Positions 1 to 10,930 of a DNA stretch of 64,000 bases are shown here, one piece after another. The notes under the pieces are model-generated. The model saw only the letters and a list, made by a program, of their open reading frames with translations, ran no database searches and was not told the origin of the DNA. Every line of letters begins with the position of its first letter. Positions within the stretch are counted from its first letter, which is position 1. Source of the stretch: Sminthopsis crassicaudata (taxonomy: Eukaryota). The position numbers were made by a program, and so were the translations under genes. Where the stretch lies: positions 252,282,055 through 252,346,054 of the forward strand of contig NC_133622.1 of assembly GCF_048593235.1 (NCBI RefSeq). Reading direction: 5' to 3'.

Positions 1-995
1 GCCCACGCAAGCGCAGGGCTGCACACGCAGGCACACACGTGTGTGCAAGCTCGGGCCTCCGGCCCCCAGCCCCTGGCCTGCGGCCCTCAGCCTGACCTCC
101 CCGCGAGTCTGGGGGGCTCGGAGGCCCGATGTGCCGGGGAGGGCAGAGCCTGGGAGGAGAGCCCTGGCCCGGGCCCCTGCGCCTCCCGAGCCTCATCTTA
201 GCAGGACGCCAGAGGCCTCGGCCAGAATGCACTGGAGGGGGGGGGGGGGCTGAGGATCCCTTTGCACCCGTTAGAAATCTGGGCTCCCAGGAAGGGACCT
301 TATTTGGGGATTCCCAGGCAAGGAAGACGGCTTGGCCCAGGGAGGCTTTTTTAGGGTTCTGCCTGCTCTTGATTCAGGTGGAGCAGGAAAAAGCAGGGGA
401 AGGATTACTTAGTCCCCACCCCCTCATTTTGCAGAACAAGAAACTGAGACCCAGAGACCACAAGCTCTCCCTCCTCAGGAAGGGCTGGGATTCAAATTCA
501 GACCCACTGATTCCAAACAGAGAGCACCCCTCTCCACCCACGGCCTGGGGGGACTCAGGGCCCCAGTCTGGCAGCCGGGGGGAGGGGGGAAACAGCCAGG
601 CCCTGGCCTCCCTTCTCAGGCTCCCTCACTTCTTTCCCTCCAAGATCTCCCCCATCCCTCCTCTGAATCTCTTCCTCTCCGGTCCTTTTCCTTGGCCTTG
701 ACTAGAGTACAGAGCTCAGCGGTCTCCGCTTGGGAAGGAGAGCTGGGGCCCAAGGAGAAGGTGGGCAAGTCCCGGGGCCAGGAGTTCGAGAGGCAGGGAG
801 GAAATGAGCCAGGCCATGCTTCGGCTTCTGCACTCGGGGACAGCCCGGTGGGTGACAGCCTTCCCAGGGCAGATACGGCCCCTGAAGAGGGCAGGAAAGC
901 CCGGGAGGGTCTCCCAGAGGACCGGGCGCCGAGGCAGGGCCCCGGGGGAGCGCCAGGCCGTGCTGCCTCCTCAGTGAGGATGGGAAAGGAGCTGC

Positions 996-1224
996 AAGAG
1001 AGGGAGAGGGAGAGGGGGAAGAGAGGGGGAAGAGAGGGAGAAGAGAAGGGGAAGAGAGGGGGAAGAGAGGGGGAAGGGGGGGGAAGAGAGGAAGAAGAGA
1101 GGGGGAAGAGAGGGGGAAAGGGGGGGAAGAGAGGGAGAAGAGAGGGGGAAGAGAGGGGGAGGAGGGGGGGAGGGGGGGAAGAAGGGGGGGAAGAGGGGGG
1201 GAAGAGAGGGGGGAGAGGGGGGGA
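996..1224 (+). repeat. Polypurine (GA-rich) low-complexity tract in CLCF1 intron 1, degenerate GAAGAGAGGGG(G) units
   Basis: About 230 bp composed essentially only of G and A on the + strand. Confidence 0.9.
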
Positions 1225-2581
1225 ATCCGCCGAGGAATGGGCCGGCGCAGTGAGTGGGGAGGCAGCCTGGCGTGTGGGAGAGGTGCTGTGAATGGCAGAA
1301 GGAGGGGCGCGTGGAGGGCTCCGGGAGCCACTCGGCTAGGCCCCAGGGGCAGGCCGGAATGGCGCTGGCCGGGCCGCGGAAGGCTCTGCTCGGCTGGAGC
1401 CCGGCGGCCGTCCTGCCCGCGGCGGTGGGGTGCTGGGGAATCGCCGGCCGCCGGCGCGGGGCACGGACCGGGCTGAGCGTGGCCCCGGGACGCCCGCATC
1501 TCTGGGTGTCCTCGCCTTCTGTGGGTGGCCCGGGAGGGGAGGGGGCCCTCTCTCTGAGGTGCCTGCTCCTCCTGGCCGTTCACTCTCCCTTCACCTTCCC
1601 TTTCCCACCAGGAGGAGAAAGTGGCAGTCCGTTGGACGAGGAGGAGCACCGGCTTCGGTGGGACTCTGGGGGCTGAGGAAGGGGCCCAGAGAAGGGGAGG
1701 GGCCTCCGTGGGAATTCGGCGGGGCTGGCGTGCTGGGGCGGGGGGCGGGGAGGGCGGGGGAGAGAGGCCGGCTGACCTGGGGAAGTTCGGGAATCGCTCG
1801 GGGGTCTACGGCTGGGGGAGGAAGAACTCTGGAGCCGGAGCGGAGGCTGACTGTGGGAGGCACCAGAAGACTGGGGGGGGGGGCGGGGAAGGTCAGGGAG
1901 CCGAGTGCGTTGACGGGGCACTTTTGGGGGAAAGTTATTCGGGCGTCCCCGGGAGGGGTCAGAAGAGTCCCCGGGGGATGGGGAAACGAGGCGGTGGAGG
2001 GGATGGTGCGGCTTCCGGAGGTCCTACTTTCTCCGATCGAACCCCAAAGCAGTGACCTTGCTCTTCCCGCCCCCTCCCCCCGCGGCGCCTCCTTCCCCCT
2101 GTGTGGCCCCTAAGCCCCCGGCCCCGCCCCCACCCCCCCCTTACTCCTGGGAGCTTCTCCCTTCCCAGCGGCGGGGGCGGGGTCAGGGGTACAGACGGAG
2201 TCTCTCGAGCCGAGAGATGCCCTTTCCCCCTCCCGTGGCGAGTTCCCACCTCCAGGCGCGGCCGAGACGGAGCGGTTCCCTCCCCTCCCTCCCCGGCCCT
2301 CCCCCGGGGCTGAGGACTAACTAACTCTCTTGGCCGCAAAGCGGAAAGTCTCCCGCCGGCCGCTCCCCCGGCCCGTGACGGGCTTTTTCCTGCCCGGGTC
2401 CGGCTGGGCCGCCCCCGCCCCCTCCACTAATCACTCCCAGGCCAAGACGGGGCTGGGCCGGGCCGGGCCGGCCTGAGTCCGCTCGGGCCGTCCGGGGCCG
2501 GGGGCGGCCCGCTCAGTCAGCATCCGCTCTGGCCCCCTTAACTTGGCCGGCTCGGCCCGACCCGGCCCGGCACCCCCTTAC

Positions 2582-2609
2582 CTGCCGGCTCCCCGGCCAC
2601 GGGGAGCAT
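2582..2609 (-). other. CLCF1: Candidate alternative coding first exon of CLCF1 (MLPVAGEPA-G)
   Basis: Minus strand reads ccccacgATG CTC CCC GTG GCC GGG GAG CCG GCA G|gtaagg. This is 28 nt, phase 1 (same as canonical exon 1), with a CAG|GTAAGG donor and A at -3. Confidence 0.4.
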
Positions 2610-2879
2610 CGTGGGGTCCAGCCGGGGCTGCGCCCAGTTCGGAGCGCGCCCCGGCCCACGGCAGAGGCGCCGAGTCCTAGCGGCCCGGCCCGGCCCGGCC
2701 CAGCCCAGCCGGGCTCTCCAGGGTGGGCGCAGCGGCGGCGGCGGCGGGGGGACGAGGGAGAGCGGCGGAGTCCGAGCGAGGTGTTGGCCTCCCCCTCTCT
2801 TTCCTCCCTCCCTGCCTGTCTCCCTCCCTCCGGCCCTGTCTCGGGCTCCCCCCTCTCCCCTTCCCCTCCCTCTTCCTCT

Positions 2880-3144
2880 NNNNNNNNNNNNNNNNNNNNN
2901 NNNNNNNNNNNNNNNNNNNNNNNNNNNNNNNNNNNNNNNNNNNNNNNNNNNNNNNNNNNNNNNNNNNNNNNNNNNNNNNNNNNNNNNNNNNNNNNNNNNN
3001 NNNNNNNNNNNNNNNNNNNNNNNNNNNNNNNNNNNNNNNNNNNNNNNNNNNNNNNNNNNNNNNNNNNNNNNNNNNNNNNNNNNNNNNNNNNNNNNNNNNN
3101 NNNNNNNNNNNNNNNNNNNNNNNNNNNNNNNNNNNNNNNNNNNN
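2880..3144. other. N-gap (265 nt) flanked by CT-rich sequence
   Basis: Run of n. Confidence 0.99.
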
Positions 3145-3698
3145 TCTTTCCCCCTCCCTCTCTCTCCCTCCCTCCCGCTCGCGTCGGACTCCTGGCTGTC
3201 CCCCTTCCTCGCGTCCCCGGCTCGGGCTCGGGCTGGCTCGGTTGTGGGTCTCCGAGGGTGGCGGGCTCTCCCCGCCCTCGGCCCGCTCGGGCTCCTCCTG
3301 CTCGGCCGGGGCTCCCTTTCTGGGGCTCGGCTGCCGTCTCCTTTGTGCGGGCGGCCGCTCCTTCCCCCGAGTCCGGCCGCCGGCCGCTGCCCGTCTGCTG
3401 GCAGCCCGCCGTCTGGCCGGCCGGCCGTCTGTCTGTCCCGGACTCTCCCTGTCCCCGCCTCCCCGCCCGGCCGAGACGCGGACTCCCGGGACGCCGGGTC
3501 CGCACCGGAGCCGACGGGGGGCAGCCCGGCCTCGGGGATCCCCGGGGAGAGGGAAGGGAAGTGGATCTCAGGGAGGGGGGGGGCGGCCGGGGGGGCTTGG
3601 CCCTGGCCCCGAGGTCCCCCGGAGGAAGGCCGGGGAAGCGGCTCTCGAGCGAGGGCGGGGGGCGGTGGCGGGGCGGTGGGGGTCCGGCTCCTTCCTAC

Positions 3699-3714
3699 CT
3701 GCTCGGAGGTCCAT
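3699..3714 (-). CDS. CLCF1: Cardiotrophin-like cytokine factor 1, coding exon 1 (MDLRA-G); exons 2-3 lie left of the window
   Basis: Minus strand reads ATG GAC CTC CGA GCA G|gtagga. The upstream 5'UTR CTCCCACTCCGCCAGCCTCCGGGAGAGGAGCCGC matches my recollection of the human CLCF1 leader, and the gene sits at its syntenic position next to RAD9A. Confidence 0.88.
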
Positions 3715-3935
3715 GGGGCCGGGGGCCGGGCAGGGGCCGGGCGCGGCTCCTCTCCCGGAGGCTGGCGGAGTGGGAGGGAGAGCCGCAGCTCTGGCGAAGC
3801 CTTACTAATCCCATCCGCCAAGCCCACTCGCAGGTTTTTTTTCTCTGGGTTTCGGATTTTTTTTTTCGGTGTGGGACATTCTGCAAACTTTTTTTTTTTT
3901 CTTTTCTGACGTGTAAGGCTGTAACCACAAATTGT
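3715..3935 (-). promoter_or_regulatory. CLCF1 5'UTR and core promoter (three A-tracts, RUNX TGTGGTT at 3929-3923, CRE-like TGACGTG)
   Basis: Motifs read directly from the sequence; position is immediately upstream of the CLCF1 ATG. Confidence 0.6.
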
Positions 3936-4686
3936 AGCGGCCCTCCCGGGGGTGGGGGGGAGGAGGGGGGGGAGGGAGGGAGGGAGGGGAGGGCTTCCTC
4001 TCTCTCCCACAAGCATCGAGTGGGGGGGGCGGTGGGTGGGTGAAGGGTGAGGCGAAGGCTGCGGTACCACCCTGGGCCTCCGGGGGGAGGGGGAGTTGGA
4101 GGAGGGAGGGCAAGAGACCGTCTGCAAACAGGGGGAGGAAGGGAAGGGAGGGGGTGCCCACTGGGTCCCTCTCTCGCCCGGACTCCCGCCGGACCCCTGC
4201 CCCGCGCGCCGCTCTCCGCCTCCGGCGGCCGGGAAACCGGCCCCCATCACTGCCCCTCCCCCGCCCCCGCCGGGCCCCGGCAAGCTTTCGCCTCGGACCG
4301 GCCCCCCCCCAGTCTACGTGGGGACCCCCGTGCCAGGCAGCCGGCCTCCCAACAAGGGCTGGGGGTTTCCCTGCCTCCCTTTGTCCGGGCAGCCCCCCCC
4401 CTCCCCGCGCCGCTCTCCCATCCTCCGGGCCGGGCCCTCGGCGCAGCAGGTGACTGAGTGGCGGGGCCCCCTCCCCCCTCCCCGGCCCGGCGTGCCGGGA
4501 CACCGGCCCGGAGACGAGAGCACTTGGCGCTGGCCTTTTCCCCCGCAAGTTCACAAAGTTTGTCATTCTTGTTCTTAATGTCAGCGGGAGGGGGGGGGGG
4601 GGGGGCGGGTGGAAGGGAGATTTGTAATTCATTAATCAGCGCGAGGCACAGGACCAGTTTCAACACAAGAGGTTTCTTTCTGTGGG

Positions 4687-4706
4687 TGACTCAGCGGGAA
4701 CTCTCC
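4687..4706 (+). promoter_or_regulatory. Composite AP-1/ARE (TGACTCAGC) abutting a kB-like site (GGGAACTCTCC)
   Basis: Sequence gtgactcagcgggaactctcc, about 0.9 kb upstream of CLCF1. Confidence 0.45.
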
Positions 4707-5579
4707 ATTCAAGCCGGAGGACAGACAGACGGCAGCTTCCCTTTGGGAACCGCTCCCGAGGCGGCTGGGACACTTGGCTCTCTCCTCCGGCCGGGCTGCC
4801 AGCCGCCTTCCTTCTCCAGGCAGGGGACGGGCCCTCCCTGGAGCCCCTTGCTGGGCTCTCTCAGTCTCTCAGGCTCTGTCTCTCGGGCTCTGTCTCTCCT
4901 CCCTGGTCTCTCGGTCTCTGTCAGTCTCTGTCTGTCCGCCCTGGTCCAAAGGCCAGGGACAGGAGGACACAGCCCCCCCTTCCAGCCCCCCCCAGCCTTC
5001 AGAGACCCCGAAGCGGGCACCTAAGTGCCCACTGCAGGGAGTCATGTGGCCCCAAGAGCCCGGGGCCTAGAAATTGTTTTGTTCTGAGGTGGGAGGGGGC
5101 AGGGAGAGAGTGGGATAGTGGAGCCCCAGCGAGGGGGGGGAGGCAGGGGGACCTCTCAGGAATGGCTGCAGACTCTCCTCCCCAGGAGCCAGAGGGGGGA
5201 GGGGGGCCCAGGCCAGAGCGCCCGGCGCCCCATGCCCGGCCCAGGATGGGAGCTGCTGGCAGGCCATCGCTCTGCTCCCAGGACAGCTCTTCCCTGGTTT
5301 GCAGGCAAGAGCTGGGGAGGGGGAAGTTTGTTTTCAATTACCTCACTGGAGTGGGACAGACTTTGTTGTTGGATTTTTTGCTCTCTCTTTTTTCTAAACA
5401 AGGAGAGAGAGGGCTGGCCTGGGGCTGGGGGCAGTGAGCTTCCCAGGGACACCACTGGGCTGCCGGGCCCGAGCCTGGCTCCAAGGAGAGAGCAAAGAGC
5501 CCCCAGGTCCCAGCCCTCCCACCCTTCTGGTCTCGGGAGCATCCCGGAGCTTCTAGGGGCCTCCTGGTGCCGGGAGGGC

Positions 5580-5804
5580 TGATTGGTGCCAAGGGCCTGG
5601 CCCGGCTGGCCAGAAGAAATCCCTGGGACTGCCCGGGAAGTGGGGGCGGGGGCCGGCCGGGAGGGAGGGGACCCGCTCAGGGCCGGGCCGGGGGAGGGAG
5701 AGGCTCCGCTCCGGCCTCCCTCCTTCCGTGCCGGAGTCTGCAGACAATGTGGTTTGGATTTGCTCGAGCCCCCTCAGCACCTTATAAAGCACCTTGCTGA
5801 GTCA
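5580..5804 (+). promoter_or_regulatory. Promoter/enhancer-like module: NF-Y (CTGATTGGT), GC box, RUNX (5748-5754), TATAAA (5783-5788), ARE/MARE TGCTGAGTCA (5795-5804)
   Basis: Motifs read directly from the sequence; function is inferred. Confidence 0.4.
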
Positions 5805-7069
5805 GGGAGAAAGCAGCTCCAGAACAGGAGGGAGAGGAGGGGGGTGAGGAAGGGAAGAAGAAAGAGGAAGAAAGAACAGGGGAATGGGAGAGGAGGAGGG
5901 AGGGGAAGGAAAGAGAAGGGGAAGGGTGAAAGGAGAGAAAAAAAGAGATGGCAGAGGGGGAAGAGAGAAAGGGAGGCAGGGAAATGCCCTCCTTTTCAAG
6001 TGTTCACCAGGAGGCTCCCTAGAAAGTCCTCGAGCTCAGGAGTGTGGGAAAGACCAGAGGAGACGTGGCCGAGCAGCTGCCTCCTCCCTAGGCCAGTGCA
6101 CATGGTAGGCTCAAGCCCCCGGTGCTCCCCGCGGGCCCCCTCACTCCCCGAGTACTTCCAATGCTTCCCGGACTTCCGGGGAGAGCCCCACTGGGCAGTG
6201 TGTGTCCGGGGCCAAGCGCAGGATTGTTCTCGGAGGAAGACAAACTCTCTGGGGTCTGGGGTGCTGAGGGAAGGCTTGCTGGGGAGGAGGAAGTTGCTCT
6301 GTGCCTTTGGGGGGACAAGCTGAGTGAAAAGGAGGGAGCGTTCTTTAGGGTACTGGGGAGGATGGGGCCCCCTGTTTTGTGTTGGGGAGATGAAGGTGTG
6401 TATGGCAGTAAGAAGACCCAGTCTGTAACTAGGGTGGGGCCACGGGGCTTTGCTCCAAGACGTTGGAGTGGAGAGGGGGAAAAAATTAAAAGAATGATTT
6501 GAAGATTTCACAATTTTGAAAGTTGTTACATTTGCACTTTGACATTTCAAGTTTTCAGCAAAGCAACTGAGCTCAACTCCCAGTTAGCCAAAATAATCGC
6601 TTAAAATTGGAGGCTACCAGGCTGACTTCTTCCTGGAGGCAGCTTACCCAAGGGCGGCCTTGAGGCGGGCTGGGCTCTCCTGGTCCCTCCACAAGGGGCA
6701 GATTCCCCAAGTCTCCCCTTCAACTGGCCAGAATTCATTCCAATGACCTCTTCCATTACTTTTACAGCTCAACTTGCCAAATTGCTTCAAGGACACAGGT
6801 TTTGTTAGCCCCTAACATCCCCCCCATGAGCTGGGGACTCTGGGAGAAAGTTCAGGGTTGATGGGCGGGAGTGGGGGGCACCAAATCCTGGCTTTTGGGC
6901 TCCTTTGGAGTGTTTGACTGGTCCCTCCGTTCCTCACTTTTGTTTCCCGGTGGGCAAGCTGATGGCTGGGACGTCATCCCTATCCAAGTCACAGCTCTAG
7001 CCCTCTGATCATGGCCAATGAGGAGGGCAAAGAGGGAAAAGGCATTTAAGCTCTCACCGCATCAAGCAT

Positions 7070-7800
7070 TGTTCTAACGCTTGAGGGACTCATTCATTCT
7101 TGTCCAACTCTTCATGACCCCATTTGGGGTTTTCTTGGCCAAGGTATGGTGTTGGCCATCTCCTTCTCCAGCTCATTTTGCAGATGAGGAAACCGAGGCA
7201 GACAGGGTGACGTGACTTGCTCAGAGTCACATGGCTAGTCAGTGTCTGTGGCTGGATTGGAATTCAGGTCTTTGTGACTGCAGGCCCAGAGCTCTCCCAC
7301 TGTACCACCTTCCTTCCCTTAGCATTTCTCTAAGACAGTCACGTAGCCTTCATCTGCAAAACAAAACTAGATGAACTAGGAAATCTCTTTTGACCCTAAA
7401 TCTAGGATTCTCTGAGTGCAGGTTGTCCGAGGCTAGGGAGGACAGTGGATTTCAAATCCCGCCTCAGATACTTGTTAGCCCAGTGACTCTAGACAAGACA
7501 CAACCTTTTTCTATCTCAGTTTCCTCTTCTGAAACATGGAGATGATAAGTAATAGCATCTACCTCCTAGGGCTGTTGTAAGGATGAAATTAGGTAATGAT
7601 TGTAAAGCCTTTACAAGGCTATCTATTATTATTAAGACAATTAGCCTTAGTTTGCACTGGTGGATGGTTAGCACAATGGCTAGAGCATGGGGCCTGGGGT
7701 AAGGAAGACTTCCAAGAGTTCAAATCCAGCCTCAGACACTGATTAGCTGTGTGACTGAGCAAGCAGGTCAATTAGCCTGTAAAATGGGGATAATAAAAGC
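7070..7800. mobile_element. Cluster of MIR/MAR1-type CORE-SINE remnants
   Basis: Contains the typical CORE motifs catgaccccatttggggttttcttggc, ttttgcagatgaggaaaccgaggc, ctcagtttcctcttctgaaa and ttcaaatccagcctcagacac. Confidence 0.75.
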
Positions 7801-8899
7801 AGCAAATGAGATGAGGAAAGCGTTTAGGACATAGCAGGGTGGTATAACTACACATTTCTTTCCCCTCTCCTCAGAGGGAGCCAATGAAACGATAGGTGAA
7901 AACGCCTAGGTTGGTGGTTTTTTCCTAAGTTTTTCTTCCTTTTCTCTTCAGACTCTTGGGATGAGACACATAATTTAACGTGGAGCGGGAGGAGAGGTGC
8001 AGGAAGTGATGGTGTTAGAACTAACTTACCTTCATAATTAAGTGGGAGTGGGGCCGGTTATTGTCCTTAATTTGTGACCAAAATGGCACCCCGTGTTAGA
8101 GTCAATTACTCAGGTGTGTGTGTGTTGGAGTGGGCAAGAAAGGTCTGGGCAACCCTGACACCCTACAAAGGGATCATCTCTAGGGACAAGTTGCCTCGGC
8201 TGCTCCTTCCCCTCTCTGTGGGACTCTGTGTCTCCATCTGTAAGGGAGGGTCCCCTTCTCCGACAGGGCCCATACATTGCTCAGTGTCCCTGAGCAGCTA
8301 GAACACAAGCTCCTCCCTCTTCTTCCCATTGCAGTTTTCTAGGACTGACCCCATCTTCCACCATGGGAAGCAGAAAATCCCTGGGTCACTTTGTACTCAG
8401 AGCCCTGATGGTGCCAGAAGAATTCTCCCAAGTCCCAGCTGGAAGGGGCCCCCGAACTTCATTTGGCCAATTTTAGATGGGGCACAATAGTTGGTTGTCC
8501 ACCTGGCACGATTTGAGGGACACTTAGAGCTTTACACTCAGAAATCTGCCCCCAAACAATCCAACAGGGCTGGAATTCCTCCATTAAAGTGTCATTCCTA
8601 TACATTCTTCAAACCCCCCCTCTCCCACCCCTGTTAATGTTTGCATGTCCAAGGGACCTTTCTCTGAGACCAGCTAGGAATCTATTGATATCCTGCTGAG
8701 AATAAAACATGTGTTAGCTGGGCAGGAGGAGGAAGAAGAAGGAGATGTGAAAACAATGACCAACTTTACATATATTCCCCCCACTTTTTTTTCCTGGCTG
8801 AAGATCAGCCCTGTCTATGAGGCAGCAGACCCATTGAGAAGAAAAGAGGCCTTTAGGAATACCAAAAATAGATCAAGAGACATCCCAAATGTCACAGAG

Positions 8900-9110
8900 T
8901 GGATCGAGCCCTAGAGACAGGAAGACCTGACTTCAAATGTGACCTCTGACATTGGACCCTTAAACTCTACCTGCTTTGCTTTCCTGCTCTGTAAAATGGG
9001 GATCATGATAACAGCCATCTATCTTCCAGTGTTGTGGTAAGGATCAGAGGAGCTATTTCTAAAGCTCTCTGGGAACCTTGAAGTGCTCTACAAATGCCCG
9101 CTCTGATTAT
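8900..9110 (+). mobile_element. MIR-type SINE remnant
   Basis: gaagacctgacttcaaatgtgacctctgacat...ctgtaaaatggggatcatgataacagc...gtgctctacaaatg. Confidence 0.7.
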
Positions 9111-9838
9111 CATTTACCAGGTCTTTAAAGCACTGTGCTAGGAGCTAGGAGCCCTGGGTTCAGATGCCCTAAGTCTTGCCTTCAGTTCCCTTCCCCTTGA
9201 CATTTGTCCAGAAGCCCATGTAGAGAAATGGGGCTGTCCCTCTATCCGGGAAATCTCAGGCAAAGATGTTTCTAACACCCACAAACTGGTTCAATAAACA
9301 TTTAGGGAGAATCCCATACAAGATGCTGGGGGGAAGGCATTCATTGAGCACAAACTGATTCCATGTCTATTCTTTTCTGGGTGCTGGGCATTAGAGGGCA
9401 CAATGAAAAGCCATCGGAGAAAGGAAAGTAGAGCTAGAAATAAGAATAAAGTGTGTCCAAAGGAAAAACCCAGAGTGGCCTAAGGAAACAGTGGGGGCCC
9501 TGGGAGAGGCCTCACACAGGGAGGGAAGGGAGCCCGTCATTATGGGAGGTGATCCTGAAGGGGAGGCTAGTACCAGGGCAAAGGGATGGAGATGGGAGAT
9601 GGAACTGCCTGGAAAGGAGGCCGATTTGACCAGAATCTAGTGTGCAACAGACAGGAGAATGGGTGCTAGATTTTGAAGGTAATAAGGGCCAGAGGACTGT
9701 GTATCTTATTCTGGAGACGTAGGAAACTGAGTTTTTTTGAGCAGGGATGTGATATGGTCAGACTGTGCTTCTAGCCTTGGGCACCTGTGTGGAACATGGA
9801 TTGGAGAAAGAAGAGATGACCAGTTGGGAGTCATTGTA

Positions 9839-10930
9839 AGATCTCTGAACTTAGGCAGAGTGAAGTCAGCAGAACCAAGAAAACCATGTATACAGTGACG
9901 AAGAGGGCAGTCAGCAGAACCAAGAAAACCATGTATACAGTGACGAAGAGGGCAGTCATCAGAACTAAGAAAACGATGTATACAGTGATGAAGAGGGCAG
10001 TCAGCAGAACCAAGAAAACCATGTATACAGTGACGAAGAGGGCAGTCATCAGAACTAAGAAAACGATGTATACAGTGATGAAGAGGGCAGTCAGCAGAAC
10101 CAAGAAAACCATGTATACAGTGACGAAGAGTGCAATCATCAGAACCAAGAAAACAATGTATACAGTGATAAAGAGGGCAGTCAGCAGAACCAAGAAAACC
10201 ATGTATACAGTGATAAAGAGGGCAGTCAGCAGAACCAAGAAAACCATGTATACAGTGACGAAGAGTGCAGTCAGCAGAACTAAGAAAACCATGTATACAG
10301 TGATAAAGAGGGCAGTCAGCAGAACCAAGAAAACCATGTATATAGTGATGAAGAGTGCAGTCATCAGAACCAAGAAAACCATGTATATAGTGATGAAGAG
10401 TGCAATCATCAGAACCAAGAAAACCATGTATACAGTGACGAAGAGTGCAGTCAGCAGAACTAAGAAAACCACGTATACAGTGATAAAGAGGGCAGTCAGC
10501 AGAACCAAGAAAACCATGTATATAGTGATGAAGAGTGCAATCATCAGAACCAAGAAAACCATGTATACAGTGACTACAACAATGGGGAAAAAAGACCTCT
10601 TACCACAAAACAGAATTGTGATAAGATGATAAAGATCCAACAGGACTGAGGAGAGATGAGAAGCCTCCAATTCAGCTCTGAGCAGAGGTGGAAGGGCCAC
10701 AGGAGGTCACTTACACATGGAAAAGGTCTCAGACTTTTCCCCAATATATCCATCAGTTGTGCCAATTTTTTTAAAAATTATAAAATATTTTTAAAAAAAA
10801 TAAAAAGTGCCAATATTTTAAAAATACTATATCTGTTATATGGGATGATTGAGAGTGGAAGGGAAAAGAATTTGTGAAATAATTAGGATGATGTAAGAAA
10901 TAGAAATAGTAATAAAAACTTTTTTTTTAA
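9839..10930 (+). mobile_element. Old marsupial L1 3' fragment hosting a 45-bp VNTR
   Basis: gagtgaagtcagcagaaccaagaaaac matches the L1 pieces at 11800-11850 (reverse) and about 20670; A-rich tail at about 10900-10930. Confidence 0.7.
9855..10574 (+). repeat. 45-bp minisatellite, about 16 copies (consensus TCAGCAGAACCAAGAAAACCATGTATACAGTGACGAAGAGGGCAG)
   Basis: Units start at 9866, 9911, 9956 ... 10541 with an exact 45-bp period. Confidence 0.97.

Larger units (their letters stand above)
1200..4500. promoter_or_regulatory. CpG island covering the CLCF1 promoter, exon 1 and the 5' part of intron 1
   Basis: Very high GC and CpG density with many GC boxes; boundaries are approximate (by eye). 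Confidence 0.75.

Noticed and set aside
1-2500. Search for CLCF1 exons 2-3 and POLD4
   Set aside because: No DSWGMLACL-like or POLD4-like sequence is present in any frame; they must lie left of the window.
702-4632. Many long ORFs on both strands (for example 702-1649 -, 2538-4283 -, 2611-3909 +)
   Set aside because: They are Pro/Gly/Arg/Ala low-complexity products of a GC-rich island and purine tract. Several run through the N-gap, and none resembles a known protein beyond the short CLCF1 exon(s).
8024-8035. Minus-strand ATGAAG|GTAAGT perfect donor, reminiscent of the LIF MK start
   Set aside because: A given 9-mer is expected about 0.5 times in 128 kb of both strands. It is phase 0 (incompatible with CLCF1 exon 2) and has no convincing acceptor or promoter.
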